A stretch of 64,000 nt of DNA from Raillietiella orientalis (Eukaryota), in assembly GCA_036172245.1 (NCBI GenBank), contig JAYWIR010000035.1, positions 620,001 to 684,000 of the forward strand. Reading direction: 5' to 3'. The notes below the pieces were generated by a model. That model was not told the DNA's origin. It worked only from the letters and a program-made list of their open reading frames with translations, and ran no database searches. Position numbers and translations under genes: made by a program. Shown one piece after another: positions 40,060-51,320 of the stretch; positions within the stretch are counted from its first letter, which is position 1, and the number at the start of each line of letters is the position of its first letter.

Positions 40060-40932
40060 GCTGGCCAGATGGAGATCCGATGTGAGATCGATGGAAGAGC
40101 GAAGGAATTAGGTGGTTGGACCAGGGTTCAGCTCACAGAGACTGTAACTCCAAATGCCTCGCCGAAAGGACTGTTGCTCTGGGATGAGCTCCTAGGAATC
40201 CCACAGGAAAACCTCGAGTGGTCCCTAGCGCTGAAGAACAACCGGGTCCTCCCCCTGAAAAGGCAGGAGTCGGCACTTCTGCTTTTGCACTGGGGTCTCC
40301 CGTGAAACGCTACCGGTGTCACCGAACCCGGTGGTCTGTGGATCCCAACTGTTGCAGGTGAGGGGAATGGGAATCCCTCCCTCACCTGCTTGTAGAGTGT
40401 GTTGCTCTCCGGCCCCCGCGGTTGCGTTACGCAACGGCCCTTGGTGCACCGACGGACAATCTCAGACACGTAATAAAACGCCTCTTCATGCGCGATGCCC
40501 TTTCACCTGCCGCATCCCCAGCAGCTCTTCGCTGCTGCCTACGTGGAATTGTGGTGATCTGGAGCTACGCGAGAGGAGGATGGCACGATAGGGACTCCAT
40601 CTGCTTCTTCCTGCGCTTCCTGTGGACTGCAGCAAAGTAACTCTACCTGGAGCATACTCGGATGGAACTTGCTGGCATCCTGGAAAGGATGCAGAGGATG
40701 CCCTCCAGCACCCGGTGATCCCTTCCCTGACCCTCCCAATTTTTTTGTATATATTTTTTGTTTTATTTTCATTTTTGTTTGCCCTCTCCCTCTTTGCTGA
40801 CGAGGGGAACCTCTTCGGTCTGCGTGCCGGTTTCTCAGCATGTTCCGGGCATTTTCGGACAATGTAGGGCCAATGGCCCTACACATTTTTGTTTATTTTT
40901 TAATAATAATCGTTCCAGCGTGACCGAGTGAT
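40060..40932 (+). mobile_element. 3' fragment of the Tx1-like family
   Basis: WTRVQLTETVTPNASPKGLLLWDELL...LKRQESALLLLHWGLP is homologous to the 48.6 kb copy. Shared 3' block gcatcct..aggatgcagagg..gtgatcccttcc, hairpin 40863-40883 and terminal motif 40905-40931. Confidence 0.8.
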
Positions 40933-41514
40933 AAACCACCAGACACGCCGAACCCTCCTCAGAACAGGTGAATGAGCAAGGAGAGGCGACGACCACATTA
41001 AAGTGGGAAAAACAGAGGAAAGAAAAAAGAGGAACGTAAGCACTGTTAACGGCCTGTGAGCAAAGTGGCTTCCAGAGAAAGCCAGCAAGACGTCTGCCTG
41101 AAATAAAGCCCATGAGAGTGAGAACTGAACGGACATGTCCCCCTCTTCTTTCAGCTGCGAGTTTGTTCATCTTGGCGTGGTGATGCATTCGGGAGGATGG
41201 TCACCTGCTGAGGTGTGGACGTCCAGGGAGTTGCAAGGAACCTTCCTAGGTGAGTTTCCTCACAGGCCGTTACGTTGAGGGACCGGCGGCAGGCAGCTCC
41301 AGGAATTCCGCGCGCTACATCGGCGGCAACACTTGCGGATGTGGCTACCGCTAAGGCAGAGGAGCTTCCTGCGATGCTCCTCTTCCTTAGCAGCAGCTGG
41401 CGTATGTAGCCCATGGCTAAAAGCTCTCTCTTCGCTACAAGGCGAGCCACCTTATCCCGAAGAGCGCTGGGCACGAGCTTGGAGACGAGCTACGGCATCG
41501 GGTGCAGGGAGTTT

Positions 41515-42010
41515 TCACCCGGTCACATCCGGGAGTTCGTTGCAAAAACTACATTTACAGATAAGCTTTCGGGGTTAAGACTGATAATAATAATAGTTGT
41601 GATAGTAATAAGACGTTCCCTCTTAGTGGGGTCCAACCCTACTTCGTGCAAGCTCCAGAGAGGTTTCTGCTCGCAAGCACGTTGCCCAACGAGATCCACG
41701 AAGGAAAACTAAAGGAGGAAGGAGTAAACAAAATAAATAAATAAATAACAAAGAATTCTTCCAAGAAGATTGGAGACAGGGTTAAGTATCACAGTGTTCC
41801 TTTCTTCGGCACCCTCAGCATCCTGTCCAACATGGAGGCAAGTTCCTCCTTTTGACGTCAGAGGTGCGGCCATCACCCTCAGAAAAGAGAACACGATGAG
41901 AACAACGTAACTGAACCGTTCCTGTCGTTCCAGCCCCTTCCTGCATGGTTTCTTGCCGCCACAGCTCCGTGTATCAGCACAAAGCAGCGATAGCTGCGTC
42001 AGGCCACTCA
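41515..42010 (-). mobile_element. Short 3'-terminal fragment of the Tx1-like family
   Basis: Reverse complement has caggatgctgagg...gtgatac, a T-rich tract, and ends in ctcccggatgtgaccgggtgaaaa. Confidence 0.65.
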
Positions 42011-42019
42011 TGATGAGGA

Positions 42020-43900
42020 TGTGAGGGGGAGAGGAACAAGGGACCCCCTCTCCCTCACATCCAACAGTAGAAGCGGCTATCGAAAGCTGTCCTGCAAGGA
42101 CGCTGTCCTGGAACAGCGACTAATAAGCACATTGCTGACCATCGAAAGGTGGAATGTCGCCCTCTCCTCAGAAGACTGGCAGTTTCTGGTTCAACTCATT
42201 GGGGCAGAAGCCCGCATTAGCATCTGCGAATCGATCGCGGTCCTGGGACAGTTCGCCATCGTCCACGCACTGACCCGAGAAAGGGTTCCATGCGGTCAAT
42301 GCGGGCTCGCTTAGGCGCGAGACAAAAATGGCTGCCCTCAAAACTGCAGATGAACATGGTGGTACCCATGCAGTATATTGGGCAACCGCACACTTGCGGA
42401 AACTGTGACAAGGAGGAGCACCAGATGGAAAGGCGCCCACCGATTGGTTGCCATTATTGCAGGGAGGTCAGGCACACTGTCTTGGTGTGCCCGAAGCGCA
42501 CGAAGCAGACTGGAAAAAAAACGATATCTCGTCAGCTTAAAAAGCCTGCACCTGCACGTACACAGTCGAAACTGACTGCGATGGAAACTCCTGTCTTAAC
42601 ACAAGGGGGAAATTCCGGCGCGAGAGAGACAAGAAACGGAAGTAAAGTGGAAGAGTAGGAAAAAGAATTTTCTACAACTTTCTTCCCTCACGGTAAACGC
42701 AAGCAAGCAAGAAGGCTCGCTCGCCATCAATTGCACGAGGAAAGCTTTCTGTTCCCTTTGCGTGAGCCCTCGGCACTGTAGCTGCCTCGGAGCATGAGGC
42801 CGGAAGACAGCAACAGAAGAAAGTGCTGGCACAACCTCCGGCATTCAGAGTCTCCGGTGTCAGCCGGGACGCGTATCACGTGCTCAACAGTCGAATGGCG
42901 AACTGAAGTGTGACTAAGCAAAGGTGGAGCGCAGTCTCCTCGTAAAAAAGGGGAGTGTGCATTCCGAGATGCTCAGGCGCGAGCCAGCTGCCTTTCTAGA
43001 GGGCCGAGAAAATGGAGTCATTATGCCTCCAAGTCGAAGCACTGCAGCATGGAAGAAGACTTGAAGACCTTTTCCAATCACTCCTGTTGCCAGACGGCCA
43101 CTCACCGGACGGGGCGAGGAACACGCTGCCATCTTCCCAAAATGAATGGGGGGTGGCAGATCTCTTCCTTTCGTCGTCTCAGTGTAGTCTGTTGGAATGT
43201 GATTCGGCTACACAATCAAGAGAAGAAGCGTGACCTAGCTAAAGCAGTGCACCCATTCGACCTGGGTGTTCCTGCAGGAGATTCATAGCATCGACCAGGG
43301 AACTGCTGAGGTTGAGAGGCACGGACAGGAAGCTACGTTGGCGTCGAGGCTCCGCACGATTGTGCGGAATCGCGTTCCCTTTCCAGTCCAGCGTGAAAGC
43401 AACACTGTACAACGTCCATTTGAACGAGAATGGACAAGTAGAATGGTCATCAAGTGATCCGACCTGATTGACGTTCTTGTTACGAATGTTTACGAGGCAC
43501 ACCAAAAGAACATGATTCCTGGGTGCTCCCGGGAGCGAGTTGCTCACAGCAGAGCTTTACCGCAAGCTCGTATCTTTTCCTGACACGCGGACATCTGCCA
43601 CACCGTGCGGAGCACAAAACGAATGCCGAGCTCTAGGGCTAGCAACAGTATGGAGCGACTTGCCTGCTAGACGAGCAGGGCCAGGAGTGCTCGACACCGA
43701 CTGACCCACGACGTGAGGTGGAGAGCTACTACTACTCGCTTATACGGTGTCACCCTTCTGGTGGTGCCCCTCGGAGCTGCTAATGCTGGAACAAGCTCCC
43801 TTAACCGGCGAGGAGGAACGCTTAAGTCTCGACGAGCCGTTCGTGGTGGAGAAAGTTTTTTCCCATCATTGCAGGACTCGCGAAACCAAGGTCACCGGGA
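42020..43900 (+). mobile_element. 5' part of an L1/Tx1-like element: ORF1 with zinc knuckles, then endonuclease remnant
   Basis: YIGQPHTCGNCDKEEH...CHYCREVRHTVLVC (ORF 42290-42658) fits the Tx1/L1 ORF1 pattern YxGQPxTCxxCxxxGH. Downstream GRENGVIM resembles the endonuclease motif SRGVAIL. Confidence 0.7.
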
Positions 43901-44049
43901 GAAAATGCCCCGCGTACAGAGTTCTGTCTGATCCTTGTGAAGAAGCTGGAACCTCTTGTACTTAGTCTCTCGTCTCTGATGAGGGAAGCAGGTGATGTGT
44001 TGATGTGTCCGCTTCCTTCCGCGCAGCGAACGTGTGTCTCCTACCGAAT

Positions 44050-46010
44050 TTTTCCCAGTCACTCCGGAGGGTTTATTTATAAAGAAGAATAAAAATAAAA
44101 CGAAAGATTAAACTAAGAAGCTTTTTTCTTTGTCATTTAAAATAGAAAGAATGCAAAAAAGAGTTCGGACCAGAGCAATTTCCGATATGAGGGACAGCTG
44201 CAGGAACTGTTTGGAGAATGGTGGGATGGGGGAAATTAATGAATAAACATTTGGCAGGAGAGGGGCAGAGGGCATGAGAATTTGCTGCTCCGCTCCTACA
44301 GATCCTTCAGGACACTGACGATCTCTCTGCTGATTCTGTTTTAGGATAGACCACCTTCAAGTCTTCTTCGTGCAGTAGATAGCGATGCAGATGGCTTCCC
44401 CTGGGCGCTGGTGGAGCTCCAGCGAGTAGCGGGCCTACACGATGCTGGAGATGCAACATAGCGTTTCGATCACGGCAGCAAACGAGAGACCGCCTCACGT
44501 TGATGTAGCAGTCCAGTCAGAAAATCCTCAAGATGCAAGAGCGCTGAAACCAGGCCGCCTCCATAATCGACGGAGGATGCCGTAGTTCATCAACAGGTGT
44601 GGGACGATTCCATCGCCCTGCACCTGCTACACTCTGGAGAAGCGCTCTCCCTTGTCACGTGAGTGCATGCGTTCGTTGCAAGGGAAGCCCTAGTGCACGA
44701 TGAGTATCACACCGTATCGCCACCCGAGAGGGGACACGGAAGTGTCCATACACAGGGGAGGAACGAATGGTTCTGCCGGCGACACAGTCAATGCCTCCAC
44801 CCACCGGTGCAGTCCCTTAGCCTGGATGCTGTGTCGATTAGCTCTTTGGGGAAGCATCCTCCCAGAAGTTTCTTCATTTCTCCGATTATGCAGGAGAACC
44901 CGTTTCTACCTCGCCGGCTGGCAACTGCCTCTGCTCTCCCACAGGGAAGACAGTCCTGCGACCAAAAGTATGACGCATGCACGGGATAACGTCGGCTCCT
45001 CGACAATCCTCTGCAGGGAAATCCTGCCAAACCAATGAACTGAAAGAGATCTTCCGGGTTTGGACTGGCTGTACGCGTCAAAATATTCACGGATCTCTGC
45101 TGTCAGGCATAAAAGCTCAAAGAGCGGCAGAGAATCCATTCGTTGATTTCCAGCAGGGAGGCAAGCTGCTTCAGGTTTTAAGAACGTCATCCGTTTCCGG
45201 TTGCGTGGAAGCTTGGACGAAAGTCTTTTGCAACAGGCCGCCCACCGTAGAATGTGGTGAGTAGGGGGGGGGGGGGGACACTGCTGGGTTTCCAAGTTGT
45301 CTCCGTGAGGGTGAATCTTCGGAAATGGAGCTGCAGTTCCATCCTCTCCAACGTCGAGATACCGAGCCCGATGTCTCCTTTGGACTGCAATGTCTTTGAG
45401 GCGGATATGAGGCCGAGAGACGTCCTTTCCCAACAGTCGATCGGCCCTTTTATTCCACCCCAGCCGGAGGGAGCACACAGAAAGAAAGGGTAGGAGGAGG
45501 GGGGTACCAAAAAAGAGTCCCTGATCGAGGTCCGCTCTGGCAGGAAGAACCTGCCTTCAAATGACAGTCCAAGAGTCTCCTCTGCTTTTTGAAGGCAGAC
45601 GGACCTCGCTTATGCTGCGCTAAGGTCACCCACGCTTACGCCAAAGTACTTCAAGTACCTGCTCATGGAGGATCCTCAAGCGGATTCAGTTCGGCTGCTC
45701 CTCCAGCAATACCCCAACAGGAACAACCGTGCATTGCTTCCTGCTTACATGTATGCCTGCTCCCGACGGATTTGCTCGAAGAACGCCTCGATAGATGCCG
45801 TGGGTATGAACATGAGCAGCAAAAGCAGTTCGTCTGCGTAGGCTGCCACGGCTGGCGTGCAAGAGCTGGATAAACTGCAGGTTAGCTAGAGTCATCCAAT
45901 AAGCGTTTAGAACCAATTCAAAGTAGATGCTGAAGAGGATACGTCCCAGACTTTCCCGCTGTTGTATCCCCCTCCGCAAAGGCACACCATGCACGTTGTG
46001 ACCACTTAAT
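44050..46010 (-). mobile_element. 3' half of a Tx1-like ORF2 (RT domain 4 to 3' terminus)
   Basis: RRGIQQRESLGRILFSIYFE (RT QG motif); GLGISTLERMELQLHFRR (matches GGLGLLTLERMGRQLQFRR at 48.1 kb); IVPHLL zinc-finger remnant; terminal motif at 44051-44080. Confidence 0.75.
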
Positions 46011-47170
46011 GGAATGTTTGTCCACCTTGCTAGAGCTAGGGCTCAAATAGTGGCGGAAATGCACAGGAAGGTCGAGGCGTTGAAACTGGACCTGAAACAC
46101 CTGTTCCGAATAGTTCACACGCGGGACGACTGGCCTTTCGCGTTCCACCGCGCCTTCTCCAGATTGGTGCACGGAACCGACGTCCTCACGTCCTCCATGG
46201 AGCCCAACGCGTGCGACTGGAACCGAGTGGATCCAACCTGGACTCGAATGCAGCGTCTCGTCTGGAATCTGAAACTGAAGATCGTGCCCAGGAGCCGATA
46301 GCTCTGGGGCAAAGAACTTACTAAGATGATTCCGTTGTTTATCAGCGTCCCTTGGGAAACCGGAATTCGGTTTAAGAAGACCCGAAAGATGACTATGGAG
46401 GCATGCGAGCGACTGTCACACAGCGTGGTTGTCCACGCACGAGTCGTCGCATGTAAAAGGCATCTGGAAGGGAGAATAACCCACAGACACGGGAGCTCTG
46501 GCAAGATCGGGGCACCCAGTGGTCACGGGTAAACCTCCTAAACAGCAACCCTTTAAGGTCCTAGGAAACATCGCCATCGGAGGCAATGCAGAAAATGATG
46601 TCGAAATTAGGCAACTCCGCCGTGGACTCGAGGGCGATCGGGGCGGTCTTGTGGAGGTCCTCGTTGCCACCGGACGTAAAGGACAGCCTCCTGATGTTTT
46701 ACTACGGAGGCATACTGTGTGGCACAAGGCTCCAACACTGGACCGGGAACCCCTACTATGACCAATGCCCAGTATGTTGGTCCATCGAAGATGACCAAAT
46801 GCCCAGGATGCAGGTCCATCGAAGATGACCTGCACATCTACGCCTACCGCACTCTCTCCCGGAACTGGAGCACAGTGAAGCAGGCTGTGCAGATGGAGGA
46901 CATGCCGACGCTGGAGATCCTGCAAGAACTCTCCGAAGGCGAAAACGGCGTTCCCCGCTACAACTCCACCGTGCGTGTGATCGTGACCTTCTTCATGAGG
47001 AGTATTCTGATCAGGAAAATAAAACTCTGCCGTGAACAAGTGTGCAGTGCCTTGGACGTCTTACGTGGACTTCTGAAGGAGATTGACATCCGGGCACGCG
47101 GAAGAGTTCAATCTTGGACCTTCCTGCATTGCCTTCGGATAGTGAACTGTGCGGTCGGGACGGCGTAGTG
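46010..47170 (+). mobile_element. Non-LTR ORF2 C-terminal fragment (different subfamily) lying antisense between two RT halves
   Basis: CPGCRSIEDDLHIY (CxxC..E..H zinc-finger pattern) in ORF 46719-47168. Confidence 0.6.
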
Positions 47171-47179
47171 TCGTACCCG

Positions 47180-47920
47180 CGCGGGTCGCGACAGTGATCG
47201 TGTGCTCTGTGGTGTGATTGGCAGATGCGAGAATGGAAAAGGAATAAATATATCCCACTGCGAGTCGGACCGGGGAAAAGAAGGTCGAGGCGTTCGAAGG
47301 ACTCCAGAGGGAGTTCTTGGTCGACGCAGTCGAATGTTCTTTGCTGATTGACCACAACCGCCAAGGCTTCTGGAGTCTCCATGGTGGCTTGTGCTCCACA
47401 GCCGTTGCCGAATGCAGCACTTGTTGCTCAGAGGCCGTCGAACGCCACTCGATGCTTGAGCTGAAGCCAGGTTCGTGCGAGGAAGTTGATCTCCATGTAC
47501 CGTGTGGAATCAGTATAGGTATGCATTGGAACTACCAGTCTGCAACGCTCCCAAGACATGCGGTCGGCATCTTCGAGGACACCTTGACGTCAGAGTTCAC
47601 TATCGTGATCGAACGCCAGTTGTTTACATGTCTGTTTCGGCGTGATCGGACGCAGCGTTGAGAAGTTAACCGCTAGGTTCCGCCACGAAGCATTGGAAGA
47701 ACTCTACTGGCAGGCCATCTTCACTTGGTGTCCTCCGTCTCTTGCGCCCTTCGATGGCGGGGGGAACCTCCTCCAAAGTGAAGGGCTCGTCGAGACGCGC
47801 TCTTCCTCCTCACCGATCGCGGAATGTTGACAGGTAGCAGCATCTCCTAGGGACTGCTCTCTGACGGCGCCTGAGCATACAGAGGGGAGCAGTAGCGCTT
47901 CGCTCTGCATACTATTTTAG
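47180..47920 (-). mobile_element. N-terminal half of an RT domain
   Basis: Minus strand gives EPFTLEEV, EDGLPVEFF, NNWRSITIVNSDVKV and VNQQRTFDCVDQ, matching L1/Tx1 RT motifs PDGLPxEFY, NWRPISLLNxDxK and LDQEKAFDRVDH. Confidence 0.85.
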
Positions 47921-47959
47921 CTTAACAACGGCAAGTTTTACTTGCAGGAACGCGCCACG

Positions 47960-49482
47960 GTGTGAAACGCGTTCGCAGCCCCCCTCCTTCGCCCATTACT
48001 TTTTGTTTGCCCGCCCCACCCATCATTAAAAGACGGACTGAGGGCCTTCTGAGGACAGTCCTCTGGGGCACAGCGAGATCCCGTGTCTGCTTGAAAGACT
48101 TGTGCGCTCCACGCAGGGACGGTGGATTAGGCCTCCTGACGCTGGAGCGCATGGGGCGGCAGCTCCAATTCAGAAGACTCGCTCTTGAGGCGAAGTTTTG
48201 GATTACACCATGGTGCGAACCCTCACGCCTCCTCGCCAGCAGAGCGACCCGCTGCGAAGAATTGTCTTCGATCCTCGTGGCATACCAACGCAGCCTGGGC
48301 TATTATGGCCATCAGATGCGTCAGATGATTTCCCTGATGAAGGAGAATACCTAGATCTCTTGCCTCCCCGCAAACTGCACTGCCTGGCTGCAAGAGTCAG
48401 TTTCCGCGTGGTCCAAGATCAACGGCTCGAGCGAGGCGGAATACGCCTACCTCTGTCGAGGCACTTACTCTCGACAGCCCCTGCAGGAGATTGCCAGCAA
48501 CCTACAGAAGTTGCTGTGGACTTCTTTTACTCTCCTTGTCCCCGTGCTGCCCTCTCTCAAGAACGTTAGGGACATCAGCGAACGAGCATTGTGGGAAGTG
48601 TCCTGCCTCATCAGAGGCAGCAAAAAACCGTTACAAGCGTGGACGACTCGGGAGCTAGCGGACACTGAGACTCCGAGCGTCCCGCCTAAAGGACTTTTGC
48701 GCTGGGGCGAGCTGCTCACAACACCTCTGGAGGAGGTTAAGTGGCCTCCAGAGCCTTGGGACAATGGCACCCTTTCCTTGAAGTGGCAGGAGACGGCGTT
48801 GCTCTTCTTGCATTGAGGACTCCTTTGCAGAGCACGCCTCTCCCACTGGACACTTGGAAGTGTGGATGCCCGTTGTTCAGGCTGCAGGGAAAAGGAAACC
48901 ATCCCACACCTGATAGTCGAGTGTGTCGCCCTCCGACCCATGTGGAATCGAGTGTCGTCCGTCCTGAACATTCCGGTGGGCGACCTGAAAGACATTTTTC
49001 GTCGCCTCCTGATGTGGGACACCCTGCCAGCAGCCGCGTGTGTAGCAGTTCTCTGTTGCATACGCGGCATCCTGGCCAAGTGATCTGCATCGATGCGAGG
49101 CCACAACAGCCGGAACGCCATTCACTGAGCTGCAATCAACATGGAGAAAGCTTCCCGATGGTCCCGGCTACAGACTTTACGACCAGCACTTGTCAGCATC
49201 CTTAACCGGATGCACAGGACCACCCGAGGCGAACGGTCATCCCTTCCCTGAAATATTGCCCTACCCTATTGTTTTTGTTTAGCTTTTTGTTTTTCTTTGT
49301 GGTTTTCCCTTTCCTATCGCCTACAGAGAGGACCTCACCGGCGTGTGGGCCAGTAACGGCAGGTGTACCAAGATGTATGTTCAGGCAGAACCATGTGTTC
49401 TGCCTGAACATACTTCATAGACTTTATTATAGAATTTTTGCAAAAAATTTTAATACTAAATGCCCCGGCATATCCGGGTGAT
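47960..49482 (+). mobile_element. Best-preserved 3' fragment of the Tx1-like family (thumb, zinc finger, 3' UTR)
   Basis: LWG..RSRVCLKDLCAPRRDGGLGL and CSGCREKETIPHLIVECVALRPMW; perfect 17 bp hairpin 49375-49413; terminal motif 49457-49481. Confidence 0.88.
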
Positions 49483-50073
49483 AAATTTTAGCTTGAGTCT
49501 TGCATTCCTGGCCCAATTCTCTAGGAGACAGGCCACTCCGGACTGAAAGACCTGGCGCTCTGTCCTCGCTTTGTATTCCACGAGGTGACAGACATATAGA
49601 AATCCGGAGAAGGTGCACACTTGCAGAAAGTCTGCTGTTGTGCACTCCCTCTCCGAAGCCAGTTGGCAAAAGAACCAGAGAATAGCGCTTACAAAACTCT
49701 CACACCAGATCAGACTCTCAACAGATCCCAATCCTCGAGTATGTGAACAGTGAAGACACTGAGGAAGCCGCGTAAAATTTCCACAGCTTCCGGGTGACTA
49801 AGCCAATTTTGGGGCATCCTCCGCATATTCATGGGCAGCCCCTTTCCTGGAGGCCGCAGCTCGAACTCGAGTCAGGAATGGTTCGAGAGAGCCGACGCAA
49901 CTCTTCCTCGACTGTCCACCCGACGCCACAGGTGCTCATCGAGAAAGACGTGGTCGACAACCTCTTGCATCCCAAATTTTCCGCTGCATTCACGAATGCA
50001 CACAGCTGGTTGACCTGCACGCGATGCACCTGCGCCCTTTTGCCACCCTACAACAGGTGGACGTTGAAGTTCC

Positions 50074-51320
50074 TCACCCGGTCACGCCGGGGCGTTTATT
50101 TTATAAAAAAAGTAAACCAGTTGGGAACTTTGTTCCCAACCTCGTAGCCGTCCTCATGTAGGCGGCTTCCATCCTGGTGACCTCCCTTCGCTGCGTAGTG
50201 TCTCAGCCTATGGCGGGTTGTGGCGAAGGTACAGATGCAACTCATGATTGCAATCACATCGCCCGTCGAGAGTCCTCCCGGCACGAAGAACCGTCGCAAA
50301 ATCTCGGGGGTGTCCTCCTGGTGCAGGATTGCTACTGCTGGCCTCCGACACAGTTCTTCGAGGGCATCGCAGTCCAAAAGCAGATGCGGGATCGACTACA
50401 TCGAGCCGCACCTCGCACAGTTCGGGGATGCAATCCCCGAGGAAACTCGGTGTCTACGCTCATTGCACTGGAATTTCTAGTGAAGGAAGATCAGTACGGC
50501 CTGTTTTCAGGAAATAGGGAACACCGAAATGTCCAACAATGAGGAGGGACCATAAGCTCTTCGGGGAAACACTCAAAAATTTGGTCTGCCGAAGGGGTTT
50601 CTTCTCCAAAGAACGCCAAGTGGCAGCATCCTCCAGCTTGCCTGTCTTCCAGACGCCGAGGAGTCTGTTTTATTCCATGATGGTGCAGTAAAACTCCCAT
50701 TTTGCTGGTAAGCTACTGTTATGTCTTGCCCTGAGGAAAGACAGAGCTGCGGAGAGAAGTATGGCCGCTAGAGTCGACCACTTCACCACAGCCTGTATCA
50801 CCACATCCAACAGTCATGGTAACAGATGTCGCAGGGGATGAAGATCTTCAGGGCGCATTCCCTGGAAAGCAGCCAAGGACTCAGCAGCCTCCTGCAGCCA
50901 AGTATTGATGTTCGTCGGGCGGCAGGAGATCCACGGACGTTGAAGTCGCCTGCTATTAGGTGAGCGGCTTCGGAGCTCGCAGAGTTTAACCGTTGCTGAC
51001 CGAGGTCGCAGAGAAACTGCGTTCAGGAGCTGTGGCACAGCCTTCCGCTCGCCGCGTAGACGTTAGTAAACGACGAGATGGATGGAGCTGGACCACTGCA
51101 GAAGCAACTGGCGAGCGGAACAGTCAACTGGGGTTCGCTCTGATAAGCGAACACCACATGACGTTCGCTCCTTGGATGTTCCAATGCCATCGTTTATTGA
51201 TGCTTACGTCGAGGACATCCCTGATGTCGAGGGTATGTGGGAGCTTACTCTTGTTCTTCAGGAGGTGCTTCAGAGCTTGTGCTCAGACCTCTTTGTTCTT
51301 TCTTCGAATCTTTCATTGGT
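50074..51320 (-). mobile_element. Tx1-like remnant: endonuclease fragment close to the zinc finger and 3' terminus
   Basis: LIAGDFNV at ~50935-50958; CARCGSM*SIPHLLLDCDAL at ~50360-50420; hairpin 50120-50140; terminal motif 50074-50104. Confidence 0.75.

Noticed and set aside
49480..50070. Gag/ORF1 zinc knuckles on the minus strand
   Set aside because: Cys/His spacing is not convincing and the segment could equally be ORF2 debris; left unassigned.
1871..50104. Recurring terminal motif as a CRISPR repeat or small RNA gene
   Set aside because: Copies are dispersed, on both strands, degenerate and tied to retroelement ends. There is no spacer periodicity, the context is eukaryotic, and I recognised no match to tRNA or snRNA.
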